This document shows, one piece after another, positions 35,874-49,122 of a DNA stretch of 64,000 bases. A program made the translations under genes and the position numbers. Position 1 is the first letter of the stretch. Each line of letters starts with the position of its first letter. This DNA comes from Vermamoeba vermiformis (lineage: Eukaryota). The notes under the pieces are model-generated. The model was not told the DNA's origin and made no database searches. It worked only from the letters and a program-made list of their open reading frames with translations. Location: positions 1 through 64,000 of the forward strand of contig JBEWZL010000216.1 of NCBI GenBank assembly GCA_045837725.1, read 5' to 3'.

Positions 35874-38275
35874 TCACATCGATACCAACTGCCATCTTCC
35901 ATCGACTATTTTTTCACGAACGATGATTACCTTGCCATACACGTGGTGAACGATGTTATCTTGTACCGGAATTGCCTTAGAATCAAATTTCCAAATTTGG
36001 TAAGGTGTGTTAGTACATGTCGGACTCGTTGCAGTTCGAAATAAATTGGTAGCAGCTTCGTTGAGTGGCCCGGTCATTTTCAGTGAAAATATCATTGCAA
36101 ATCTTTCGTCGCTTTGACACTTTGTTGCTGTGTACTGAACAATGCGTGACGTCATCGAACCTGATTTGTCGATGTTATCGAAGTAAAACTTGCTGAGCTC
36201 ATGTGCTGAAATCTGATGGGACTGTACAACGCAAATATAGATTAAAATTACATCGCAAATTTAAGTTCCGATTACTTTAACTTCTCCGCGGTGGTCCATC
36301 AAATCGATGTTAATTTTGCGATTGACTTCTGAATCAACGAAACTGATCACACTACAACCAGTCCTTGTTAGCACTGCAAGCCGACCATCGCTGAGCTGCA
36401 CAAACTATAAAAATAGAGACCTTAAAATAGCCTAGTACGTACCGGCGATACGTTTGAGATAGGATATTGTCTCAATGTAAGAGAATTCACCAACGATCCA
36501 TCGTTCACATTGTAAAAACTGAATGTAGCGTCAATATTTACAAGCCACATGTTGTTGTAGATCATTTCGATAGGACGCAACGGCTAAGCAGGGATTATAA
36601 TCGAATGAGTTTAGTTGCATTAAATCGACGCTAATTTTGCGGTTGACGCATTACGTACCACTAGTCCAGCAGGATAACCTTGGTCCGTGTCATCTTTGTA
36701 ATTCCATAAAATGATTTTATCTTCGGTGCGTATTGCAATCTGAGTCATACAGTTAAAATTAGTCGTCATTTACCAGGTTTTTGTCGATGTAAACGTACCG
36801 CGTTGTGCGTCATAAATCCTACGGCAAAAAGAGACTTGAAATGTCGTGGATGCTCTTTTTTCGTCAACGTATCAACGAAGAGCAACTCGTTGTTGTTGGG
36901 CTACAAATTCAATTAGCTGATAGAATTACAATACGTTGATCGGGTAACTTACTCGAATGATCACCAAGTAATGATCGTACATTCGATAAAACTTCTCGCC
37001 GCGTTCTGCTTCCGTAACAGATCGCTCGTACACTAATTCGCCCGTCTTTCCATTCAGCACCGAACAGTGAAAGCTGCAAACAAACACCGTCAGAAATCAG
37101 GTGCCTTGCCTTGATGTTTCGAACCGCCTGTATTGTAATTTAAATTCAAAAAGGGCTTGCTAAATATAGCCCAGTCTACAACTTCATATTCAAAGGTTTA
37201 AACCGTTACTGACTCACTCATCATAACCATAGACAAAGCCAAGATAATCGGAGTCTACGCAAGAGTTCTTGATCAAATTTCGTTCCTCCTCGTTTGGAAA
37301 TTTGAGCCTCAAGCCGTTGTTATCGTCGAACAATATTTCATCCAAATCTTCCTCTGGATCAAATGGCAGAACTTTTATCCAGCGGAATGTAGCAGTACCG
37401 TAATGTGCAGAGGGCTAAGCGAATTATTTTGTGATAAATGCCAAGCATTCTTGCGTTTTTTACTTACAGTATTGGCCACGTAGTGGTTCATAAAGACCGA
37501 TTCTTCAATTGACGACTTGAATAAACAGTTTAGCAAACCAGCTTAATAAAAGCCAAATACTATTACCTTTTGAACACTTTCGGTCGCCATATTAATGAAA
37601 TCCGAGCCAAGCTTGTAAACGCTTCCGTAGGATCTACAACATTTTGTTAATTTTATTAAGTAGTTGAAAATTAATACCCCATGTCCTCGGTATGCATCCA
37701 GTTAATCAGGCAAATATCCTTGTACATAGAAATATTGTCCATAGCGAGACTGACTCGCTGGCTTACGGTCTCTGTTGCTGCCAATGTATGAACAACGCAT
37801 CTACGGAAAAAATATATTATACAATGCAATATAAAATATAAGCTATATATAAATTAATGATACCTGCCACTTTTGACGTTCTGACGAATGAGAACGAGAT
37901 CCATTACTTTACTTTTCCAGTCCGTTGTAGAGTTATTCGTATTTAAAGAGCTCGATATCGAATGATATAGAGCCTAAAAAGATGATTTAGATTGCGCAGA
38001 GCGTTACTGGCGTCAGTAAAATAAAGACTCCAGAAATTAAAATTTTATAGTACTTTTAGAACAGCTGCGCGTAATTAATGTTATTGTAATAACATATTAG
38101 AAATATGCATATGAATTAATTAAATTAATTGAAAATTTACCTTCCAGAGATGCGAATCCGCGCTAACTCCATTCCAATTCTTACACGTTTTATAAGCGTT
38201 CACGACTGCTTGAGGAGATTTTGTAAATACTAAAATTCGTTCGAGAAGCTCGGTGGCAATAGTGCCCCAACTCAT
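35874..38275 (-). CDS. F-box protein, array copy 2
   Basis: MSWGTIATELLERILVF...KTCKNWN; C-terminal REKIVDGRWQLVSM*. Confidence 0.8.
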
Positions 38276-38366
38276 TGTGCTGATCTGTGTAATAAATTTA
38301 AATTTTGTCAAGGAATTTTTATTGATTCAACTCACACGCCTTGCGATAGAAATCAAAAGGCTTATT

Positions 38367-41158
38367 TTATTCGCTCATGGACGCTAACTGCCATCGACCA
38401 TTGATCTTCACCTCTCGGACAAGTATTGCTCTGCCGCAGACTCGATCCAAGGCTAAGTCCTTCACTATAATCGCTTGATTATCGAACTTCCAAGCTTGAT
38501 AAGGTGTATTCACACACGTTGGCCCTATTTTAGTTTGAAGCAATTTCGTTGCAGTGGTATTCTCTGGCGATGTCTTGTTCTTTTCGTCTTGAGTGCAAAT
38601 AAGCACGAATCGTTCGTTAGCGCTATTAGCCTCTTTTGGAGGGTATTCGACAACGCGCGAAATCATCATTTCGTAAGGTTTTTCGACTTTTTCGACGAAG
38701 AATTGGGGAAGTTCGTGAGCTGAAATTTCGTGGGTCTGGATCCGTTCATTAGCTCAACTATGATAGCTATCATATTCATTGCTTATGGATCTTACCGTAA
38801 CTGTTCCATCAACGTCCATCAAATCCACTTCGATCTTACGATTGACTTCAGAGTCGATAAAACTGATCACGCGACAGCCATTTCGAGTAGCAACGCAAAT
38901 CCGGTCATCGCTAAGCTAAAAATGGAGCTAAATATCACACCTATAAACACGATAGACAAACCATGGTTACTTACTAACGATAAGACATGGTCGGTAGTAC
39001 TGCCCGCACGTAAAGCAAGCGTGTTGATCAGTGACCCATCTTCTGTGTCATAAAACGACAACTTTCCTTTATCGTACACGAGCCACATATCATGATACAT
39101 CACTTCAATGTTACTCATTGGCTGAACCAAAGCGTTATTAATAGATTTTTTAATAACGTTAACGTACCACTTGTCCAGCGGGATAAACGACTTCCGTGTC
39201 CTCAATAAAATTCCACAAAATAATTTTCCCCTCAGTGCGAATTGCGAGCTGCACAATTATTATGAATACTATCGACGATTAATTGAATAAAGTACATACT
39301 GTGTCGTCTGTCATGAAGCCCAACTCATAATCTTTCGGGATATATTGTTTCCCGAGTGTATAATGCGTACTTACATCGATAACTTCTACCCAATCAGGGT
39401 CCTATAGTCATATTAGTAAGAAAATTACGTGCATTTGCGATATTTCCGTACCCTTGACATCACCAAGTACGCATCGTACAACTGAACTTGTCTGAACTCC
39501 TCGACTTCTAATGAAAACGCTCTGTTTCCAGACTCTGCATCTATCACTAGTATGTACGAAGACCTACAGTGCTATTGTTAGTCCTTATGAATGCAGAAAA
39601 AGCGGGTGCTTCATGTCCGTTATCGGGTCACTTCGGACAAAATTTCTTAATAAACATCGCTATTTATAACACTAATAATACTATATATACTTTAGGTATT
39701 ACTTATTAATATCTCTTGCAATATTTAATCAACTGGAGCATAAGGAACTGATAAAACTAAGCGACAAGAATGGGTGATGCACGTCACTTACCCGCCATAT
39801 GAGTAACTAGTGAAGCCGATGTAATTTGAATCCGGATAGTAATTTCGGACCAAGTTCCTATGTTGCGGTTGCATATTGAACCTGACGCTATCAGACGGAG
39901 TGAAAGTGGGAATTTTTTTCGGATCGAATTTTTGAACTTTGACTTCTGAACACATTGCACCACCAAAGTAACTTGAAGGCTATATAATACGTTCGTTAGG
40001 TACCGTTTTGGTTGTGTAATTTACTTACAGTAGAAGCCACATACTGATTCATGAATAGTACTTGTTGAAACGCCCACTAAATCCGGTTAGATCTCTCGTT
40101 AAAAAGCACGTTATATAATCGTTATTTACCTCCACTACTTCTTCTTTAACCATATCAATTACGTGAGAACCAGATCTACAAAAAAATTTTAGATCAGGTT
40201 ACTGTGAAATATTTTACCCGGAATTTTTAAGCCAGCCGCAAAGAAAATAATCTTTGTACACTGAAGGATTCTCAATGTCCAGCGTCGTTCGTCTTCCAGC
40301 ACCGTGTGATGTCGCTAACGTGCGTACAACGCATCTTAATTTGTCGTTAATCACAATATTTTAATGAATATTAATGTAATTACCTTCCGTCTTTGACATT
40401 CTTTCGAACAAGAACGAGATCTGTAACTTTTTTCTTCCAATCAACCGCAGGCTCCCCAGAAATTCGACAACCGGTTATGTTTTGGAAAAGATCCTAAATA
40501 AATATTAAATTGTTGCTTTCAATGCAAAATGTACTATTATTGTCCGTTATACCGTCGACCCAGATATATCGTCATTTGGGCTCGCCATACATTTTCGCGA
40601 TTTTTCCCGAACATTTTTGATCCGGTCACGACTCAAATTTTTTTAATCTATCAACAAATTCTACTATCAATTATTGCTTACTTATAATTAATTATTACTA
40701 AGAGTTTAAGTCAGAGATGAAGGGAAGATTGTTGGGTCTGGATGCGAATCCAAGCCCAACTTTTCCCGTTTCGTTCTCGGTTCGCTGGCTTGTCAGAGCA
40801 AAATGAAAGCCAGGATATTGTTACCATATATATGTTATATATTAGATATATAAGTGTGGGGCTTAGGGCTTATATTTATCGTGTGACGATAAAAGTGGCC
40901 ACGCGCACCAACTATCCGTTTTGTCCCTAACCTTCATTCGGGGGCAGCGCTTTGCCCCGGTGAATATTGTTTTCCCACCACTAACTATTCTAAAAATTAT
41001 TGGAAAATGAAATAGTATCATACCTGCCATAGGTGCTGGTAATGATCTACATCGCGCCAGGTTTTGCACGCAATTAAAGCGTTCCCCACCGCTTTTGGCG
41101 ACTGAGTAAACACTAAAATACGCTCAAGAAGCTCCACAGGAATTGTGCTCCAGTCCAT
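38367..41158 (-). CDS. F-box protein, array copy 3 (intron 1 enlarged by foreign sequence)
   Basis: MDWSTIPVELLERILVF; C-terminal REVKINGRWQLASMSE*; near-identical to copy 4. Confidence 0.8.
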
Positions 41159-41400
41159 TGAGATTTTGTTTTATTGAACCACCCTAAAATAAATAAAAAA
41201 TGGGTTCAACACCTGATTAGACCTAAAATCGACTTAGACCGCGGCTGCTATGTGACCCTATGGTAAGTAATTAATTAAAAAATTATTGTTGCTATTTCAT
41301 AATGCTCGAACGATCGAACCGTAGATCCGCTTTGTTTTTTTTATTGCGCCGCAACAACCAAACGAAGTAATTCACTTTCGAGCTTGATCAGCGAAAAAAA

Positions 41401-41790
41401 TCACTGGTCACATCGATACCAACTGCCATCAACTATTTTTTCACGAAATTACCTTGCCGTAGGATCCGACCATCGCTGAGCTGCATAAACTCTCAACAAA
41501 GAATCCTTATTTAAGACTAGTACGTACTGGCGATACGTTTAAGATAGGATATTGTCTCAATGTAAGGGAATTCACCAACGATCCATCGTTCACGTTGTAA
41601 AAACTGAATGTGCATCGATATTGACAATCCACATGTTGTTGTAGATCATTTCGATTGGACACAACGGCTAAGCAGGGATTATAATCAAATAAATATAGAT
41701 TGCATTAAATTGATTCACGACTGCTTGAGGAGATTTTGTAAATACTAAAATTCGTTCGAGAAGCTCGATGGCAATAGTGCCCCAACTCAT
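41401..41790 (-). pseudogene. Internally deleted remnant of F-box copy 2
   Basis: Mosaic of pieces matching ~35870-35940, ~36380-36625 and 38199-38275. Confidence 0.85.
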
Positions 41791-41881
41791 TGTGCTGATC
41801 TGTGTAATAAATTTAAATTTTGTCAAGGAATTTTTATTGATTCAACTCACACGCCTTGCGATAGAAATCAAAAGGCTTATT

Positions 41882-44354
41882 TTATTCGCTCATGGACGCT
41901 AACTGCCATCGACCATTGATCTTCACCTCTCGGACAAGTATTGCTCTGCCGCAGACTCGATCCAAGATGAAATCCTTCACTAAAATAACTTGATTATCGA
42001 ACTTCCAAGCTTGATAAGGTGTATTCACACAAGTTGGCCTTATTTCAGTTTGAAGCAATTTAGTTGCAATGGCATTCTCTGGCGATGTCTTGTTCTTTTC
42101 GTCTTGAGTGCAAATAAGCACGAATCGTTCGTTAGCGCAATTAGTCTCTTTTGGAGGGTATTTGACAACGCGCGAAATCATCATTTCGTAAGGCTTTTCG
42201 GCTTTTTCGACGAAGAATTTGGGAAGTTCGTGTACTGAAATTTCGTGGGTCTGGATCCGTTCATTAGCTCAACTATGATAGCTTCATATTCATTGCTTAT
42301 GGATCTTACCGTTACTGTTCCATCAATGTCCATCAACTCCACTTCGATCTTACGATTGACTTCAGAGTCGATAAAACTGATCACGCGACAGCCATTTCGA
42401 GTAGCAACGCAAATCCGGTCATCGCTAAGCTAATAATAGAAACTTAGCACCGCATATAAGCATGATATAAATAAACCACTACTTACTAATGAGACCTGGT
42501 CGTATTTACTGCCTGCACGTAAAGCAAGTGTGTTGATCAACGCGCCATCTTCCGTGGCATAAAACGACAACTTTCCTTCATCGTACACGAGCCACATATC
42601 ATGATACATCATTTCAATGTTACTCATTGGCTGAACCAAAGCGTTATTATCTAGATAGAGTTCGGTTTTAATAACGTTAACGTACCACTTGTCCAGCAGG
42701 ATAAACGACTTCAGTGTTCTCAATAAAATTCCACAAAATAATTTTCCCTTCAGTGCGAATTGCGAGCTGCACAATTATTATGAATACTATCACGGATTAA
42801 TTGAATAGAGTACATACTGTATCGCCCGTCATGAAGCCCAAGTCATAATCTTCCGGGATATTTTGTGTGGTGAGTGTCGTCGCCGTACGTACATCAATAA
42901 TTTCTACCCAATGAGCGGCCTATAGTCATATTAGTAAGAAAATTACGTGCATTTACGATATTTCCGTACCCTTGACATCACCAAGAACGCATCGTACAAC
43001 TGAACTTGTCTGAACCCCGCGGCTCCTTCTAATGAACACACAATGTTGCCAGACTCTGCATTTATCACTTTTATTGACGAAGACCTACAGTGCTATTGTT
43101 AGTCCTTATAAATGTAGAAAAAGCGGGTGTTTCATGTCCGCTATCGGGTCACTTCGGACAAAATTTCTTAATAAACATCACTATTTATAACACTAATAAA
43201 CCTATATATCTACTCTAGGTGTTAGTTATTAATATCACCTGCAATATTTAATCAATTGGTGCATAAGGAACTGATAAAACTAAGCGACAAGAAGGGCTGA
43301 TACACGTCACTTACCCGCCATATGTGTAACTAGTGAAGCCGATGTAATTTGAATCCGGACAGTAATTTCGGACCAAGTTCCTATGTTGCGGTTGCATATT
43401 GAACCTGACGCTATCAGACGGAGTGAAAGTGGGATTTTTTTCCGGATCGAATTTTTGAACTTTGACTTCTGAACACATTGCACCGCCATAGTAATTTGAA
43501 GGCTATATAATACGTTCGTTATGTACCGTTTTGGTTGTGTAATTAACTTACAGTAGAAGCCACATACTGATTCATGAATAGTACTTGTTCACACGTCCAC
43601 TGTGAATCCGGTTAGATCTCACATTAAAAAACACGAAGAATTATATAATCGTTATTTACCTTCACAGCTTCTTCTTTAACCACATCAATTACGTGAGAAC
43701 CATGCCGTGAGACTCCTCCGTAGGATCTACAAAGATATTTAGATCAGGCACTATTACAAATTAATTATTTTGGATATTTTACCCGTAATTTTCTAATTGA
43801 AGCCAGCCGCAAAGAAAATAATCTTTGTACACTGAAGGATTCTCAATGTCCAGCGTCGTTCGTCTTCGAACACCTTGTGATGTTGCTAACGTACGTACAA
43901 CACATCTTAATTTGTCGTTAATCATATTTTAATGAATATTAATGTAATTACCTTCCGTCTTTGACATTCTTTCGAACAAGAACGAGATCTGTAACTTTTT
44001 TCTTCCAATCAACCGCAGGCTCCCCAGAAATTCGACAACCGGATATGTTTTGGTAAAGATCCTAAATAAATATTAAATTGTTGCTTTCAACGCAAAATGT
44101 AATTCGAGTTTGAAATTTAATTTTGGTAAATAGTTCAGAATAGCATTTTAATTCAAAATTATGCCATATAAATATGTTTAACTATTTTAAAATTATAGGA
44201 AAATGAAATAGTATCATACCTGCCATAGGTGCTTGTCATGATCTACATCGCGCCAGGTTTTGCACGCAATTAAAGCGTTCCCCACTGCTTTTGGCGATTG
44301 AGAAAACACTAAAATACGCTCAAGAAGCTCCACAGGAATTGTGCTCCAGTCCAT
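41882..44354 (-). CDS. F-box protein, array copy 4
   Basis: MDWSTIPVELLERILVFS; recent duplicate of copy 3 including most introns. Confidence 0.8.
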
Positions 44355-44451
44355 TGAGATTTTGTTTTATTGAGCCACTCCAAAAAAATGGCGGTTGTCA
44401 ATTCGTTTTTTCCCTCGCCTGCTTCAGAGCCGCTTTCTAAAGATGGCTTCG

Positions 44452-46740
44452 CTATGAAACTGATCCAGGTTTGGGGGTCACGTTTAAATCCTCTGACATT
44501 GACACCAACTGCCATCTTCCGTCGATTTTCTGCTCGCGAACAAAAATTACTTTGCCGTATAGTTTATCAATGCTTTTTTGGATCAATTTCATCGCATCAC
44601 CCTCGGATTTCCATCCTTGGTAAGGCGTGTGCAAATGGATTGGTTCTAGTGCTTGTTTCAGCAGCTTAGTCGCCATTTCATTGACCGAATGTTTTCTGTG
44701 GTACCCGTATTGCGAAAATACCATCACGAACCGTTCCTCTGGGTTTGATGGAACACGATAAGGAACAACTCGTGATGTCATCATTTCACAGGACTCCTCG
44801 ACTGTGTCAACGAAAAACTGGGCCAATTCGTACGCTGAAATATCGTGCAGCTATTGAGAAAAATTAGAACTGCTTAGAAAGGCACAACAAGCCTATTTAC
44901 CTCGACTATTCCGTCAGCTGAGAGAACTTCTACTTTGATCCGCCGACTGACTTCAGAGTCAAAAAAACTGATCACCCGACATGCTGTAACATCCACAACA
45001 GCAATACGACCGTCGCTTAACTGGAAGGCCCGATTTGATATTGAGACTGGCGTGATGTTGAACTGTTTGACTAATGAACCGTCTTTCATATCATAAAATT
45101 GAAGATCATAATAGTTGCACGTGAGCCACATATCTTGATAAACCATGCAAATGCGTCCATTGATCTAAAGCAACACCATTAAACTTAACACAGTACGGGC
45201 GGAAAATTCCATACCAGCGACCCGGGATTCGGAAAAACAAGCTCAGTGTTGTTTCGGTAATTCCATAATGTTACCGCGCTTTCCGTACAAACAGAAATCT
45301 AATAAATATTATAACTCTGTTGTATAGAACAATTAGTATGCTATCATTGGTACGTACGTATTCAGCAGTCATAAATCCAAGTTCTACAAGTCCACTAAAA
45401 ACTCGCGTCGCTTCCATCCTCGAAGTTTCAATGTCGATAACTTCTAGTGTTCGATCCTGAGAGATGTCAATCTGTGGTATTTCATGATGTTAAAGCCTTA
45501 CTCTAAGTAAAACCAAATATTTATCGTACAACTGGGACGTTGTATAATCAGCAGTTTTTTCATTCTGTCGCACACAAACTATCTCCCCAGACCGAGCATC
45601 AACTACGTATACTTTAGGAGTACTAAAACGGTCCGTTTAGTGTCTGGGGTTAAAAAATTTGGAAGTAACGTACGAGTCAAAAAAAGTGAAAACCCAATGT
45701 AATGAGAATCAACGCAGAAATTATTCAGCAAATTCCTTCTTCGAGTACTTAGCTTGAATTTTAAGCCCTTTTGGAAGGAATTGTATGAACGAATGTTTTT
45801 TGGATCGAAAGGCACCACTTTGACTGTATCCAGCACCGGGCCGCCATGAGTATATGATTCCTATTTTCGTTAATGACTCGATTATTATTTGAATGCAAAT
45901 CGACTTACGGAGGTGGCAACGTAATTATTAAGGAAAAATAGTTCCTGATAGTTGACCTAAATAAACGGCGTTACAGTCTAATTTAAAGACTTGAAGCAAC
46001 TTTACCTGTTCTATATCATCGGTCATCATATTAATGAAGTGCGAGTGCCCCATTCTTGGAGGTATCTCCTGCCTAAAATTGACGCTCAGTAGCAGATCCG
46101 ATCCACAAAGGGCTGACGCAGGTAATTTCATACTCATCGATTGTAAGCCAGTTAGCAATACAGTAGTCCTTGTATACAGTGCAATTATCGAAATCAAGGG
46201 TTACTTCAGGAAAGTTTTCGAGTGTTCTTGTTGCGGCCAACGTTCGCACAACACACCTTCGTTGAACATTAAAGTTAAAATGTTATTGCCATACTACTTT
46301 AATATCTAGAAGAGTTCTTACCGACCGGCTCTAATATTTTTTTGAATTAACGTGTGATCGACCACTTTATTCTTCCAGCCATACTTCGGCTCATCGTGGA
46401 TCGGATAATTAAATATAATGCTATATAAATTCTGTAATAATTAATTCCTATTAATATTGTTCAACAATGAAAAAGGAAATTAATAACTTCAGTGTTAAAA
46501 TCGTGGTAAATAAATAATAGTATGTGTATTTCCTTCATTTTCCCTGTTTTATTGACGTAATACCCTAATTATATGCAACTAAAAATATTTAAAATATCTA
46601 TTCACCTTCCAAAGAACTGGATCTTCGCCAATTTCAGCCCAACCCTTGCAGGTCATACAAGCGTTTCCTACAGCTCTTGGAGATACTGTAAGGACCAAAA
46701 TACGTTCGAGAATTTCCGTGGGGATTGTGCTCCACTGCAT
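44452..46740 (-). CDS. F-box protein, array copy 5 (divergent)
   Basis: MQWSTIPTEILERILVL; C-terminal REQKIDGRWQLVSMSE... Confidence 0.78.
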
Positions 46741-46825
46741 TGTTATGGCGTCGAACTAATTTATTTACAAAATTTTACTTTGGCTATTTACACCAATCTA
46801 ATTACTAATATGGTAGTATTAGTAA

Positions 46826-48897
46826 TTAATAAAGATAGCTTTTCAAGTGAGCAACAACAGCATCAATATCAGCTGTGGCGAGACCACTGATGAAACCGAT
46901 GTACCCATCTGGACGGACGAGCACCGCAAGTCCCTTCGAGTGCTCTTCAAGATGGAATGCTTTGTGGAACTCTTTGGTGTCGTCACGCCACACTTGCACT
47001 CCTTCCACGTGACTGCCACCATCAGTGATCACTTCAGTTTGCACGAGCGAGTCCAACTTGCTCTCTTTGAGCTTGGCTTGAAGTTGGTCAACACACTTAT
47101 CGTCGCCCTCATCATTGAGTACGAATATAATGTGCTTGGTAGTGTTGCGCACGATATTATGCGAAGAGCTCGAGCACGAGTCCGATACCTTTGTGACGTT
47201 GAAATGTGGGAGTCGAGCTCCTAAGAATTGAGAAGGATAGGCCGACTTGAATAGCTTGAATAGACCACGTGGCTCATTGTAATGCGATGTGAGTGATGAC
47301 TGCGGATAAGCGATGTCCATTTGACCCATATTATTTGCAAGTCTATCTTTTCCGAAGTCCTATAAGGAAGTCAGGTCCGCTTGACTCACAGTTAACAACG
47401 TACCATAATCATCGGCATGAGCATATTCCTGATTGCTTTCAATATCGCTGAGTTGGTGCCAACAACCGATCTCATAAGGCCAGTGTTTTTCAGCAGTCTT
47501 TTCGCATTGTACTCGCGCTCAGTGGCGAAGCTATTGAGAAGAACGTCTTCCTTTCCAAGACCCTGTGGAAAGTTAGACTCTACAACCTAGGACAATAATG
47601 GCTTTTCCCTACCTTCAGTACAAGGGCGAGTTTCCAAGCAAGATTGTGCGCGTCTTGAATACCCGTGTTCATGCCTTGACCACCAGCCGGACTGTGGACA
47701 TGCGCAGCATCACCGCATACAATCAGTCGTGACTTCTTCATCGACTCGACTCTTCGCTCGTTAATCTTGAAAGTAGTGATCCAACGAGGGTTGTAGAACG
47801 TAACTTTGTGGCCCTAAGCGTTGAAGTCAGCACTGTTTTGTTTAGTCAACGAGGCTTACCATTGAACTGGCTCGATCGTCAACAACCTTCTGAAGCTCTT
47901 CAAGCGAAAGTTCTTGTCCGACTTGCATATCTTGCGGTGGATTGATTACGTTAATGGCGAGACGGAATCGTCTTTCTTTCTCTTTCAACGGGAAAAAGGC
48001 CACAAATCCTTTCTCGTCGAGAACTCCCGTGATTTCGTTTCCTTTAGGGAAGTCCTGCTCTCTGATATGCACGTCCGCCGTCATCCACACATCGTTAGTA
48101 GTAATGCCTAAACAAAATCCGCATTAGTGTCCGAAAGTGTCACGTGTCAAGTTGTGACACCTCATTATCGTAATTGACGTACCTACTAACTGCACCTTCA
48201 TTGCCTTCCTGACTAGGCTGTGAGCGCCATCACATCCAACGACATAACGAGCCAATATGACCTGTTGTGAATTGTCCTTGGTGTTTCGGATTGTGGCTCG
48301 CACAAGCGGCTCCTCGCGGTCGCTGTCGCCGCCAACGGGATGCATAAACTCCGTAAGGTTAACAAGTTCCATGCTTCTGTCCACATGACGGCCATAGATG
48401 TGAGTTAGGTGGTCATTGAGGATCTGTTCTGTTTCGTCTTGCGGCAACATCAGAGCGTAAGGGTACTCGGAGCTAATGCGATCAAAAACAACGCCTCCGA
48501 TCTTCTTTGAACGAGAGCGAAATGTAGCATTATGACAGGTTACACCTTGCTTGTGGAACTGAGAAAGGTTAGGTAGGATCTCCAAAGATCTAGCGTGCAG
48601 TGCGACAGCCTTCGACAAAATCGATATTGATGGTAGCTTTTCGATTATTTTGAAGGATTTAACTCCGTGACGGGCAAGCTCATTCGCTAGGAACAGACCA
48701 ACCGGGCCAGCACCTAAATGAAAATTTAATTTTTTAATTTCGCATATTCAAAATAATTTAATAATATTTAATATAATTTGATCGTGCTTGAAATGCATAA
48801 AATACGGCGAAAAAGCATAAATAGAAAATTCAAAGATTTGTGTTCGGCTATGAATCTACTTACCAACTATTAATACATCAAGTATGTTAGATTCCAT
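46826..48897 (-). CDS. FAD-dependent monooxygenase (FAD_binding_3; PheA/TfdB-type aromatic hydroxylase family), copy A
   Basis: [76 protein letters not shown]. Confidence 0.92.
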
Positions 48898-49122
48898 TGC
48901 TTTGTGTGTGTTTTCTTTCTTGAGGTGACCGAATCACGGCAAAGTATTAAGTAGCATGCTGGCGTAATTTAGTTATTACGCGCTCCGGCCGGAATTTTCG
49001 AAATGCGCAAGCTTTGCCATGAATTATTGCTAATTCGCTTCAATCCGTACAATAGTTGTTACTACATTCGTAAAATCGAAATGAATTTATTCAGCAAGAA
49101 AAAAAAGGGAACATTCATGCGC

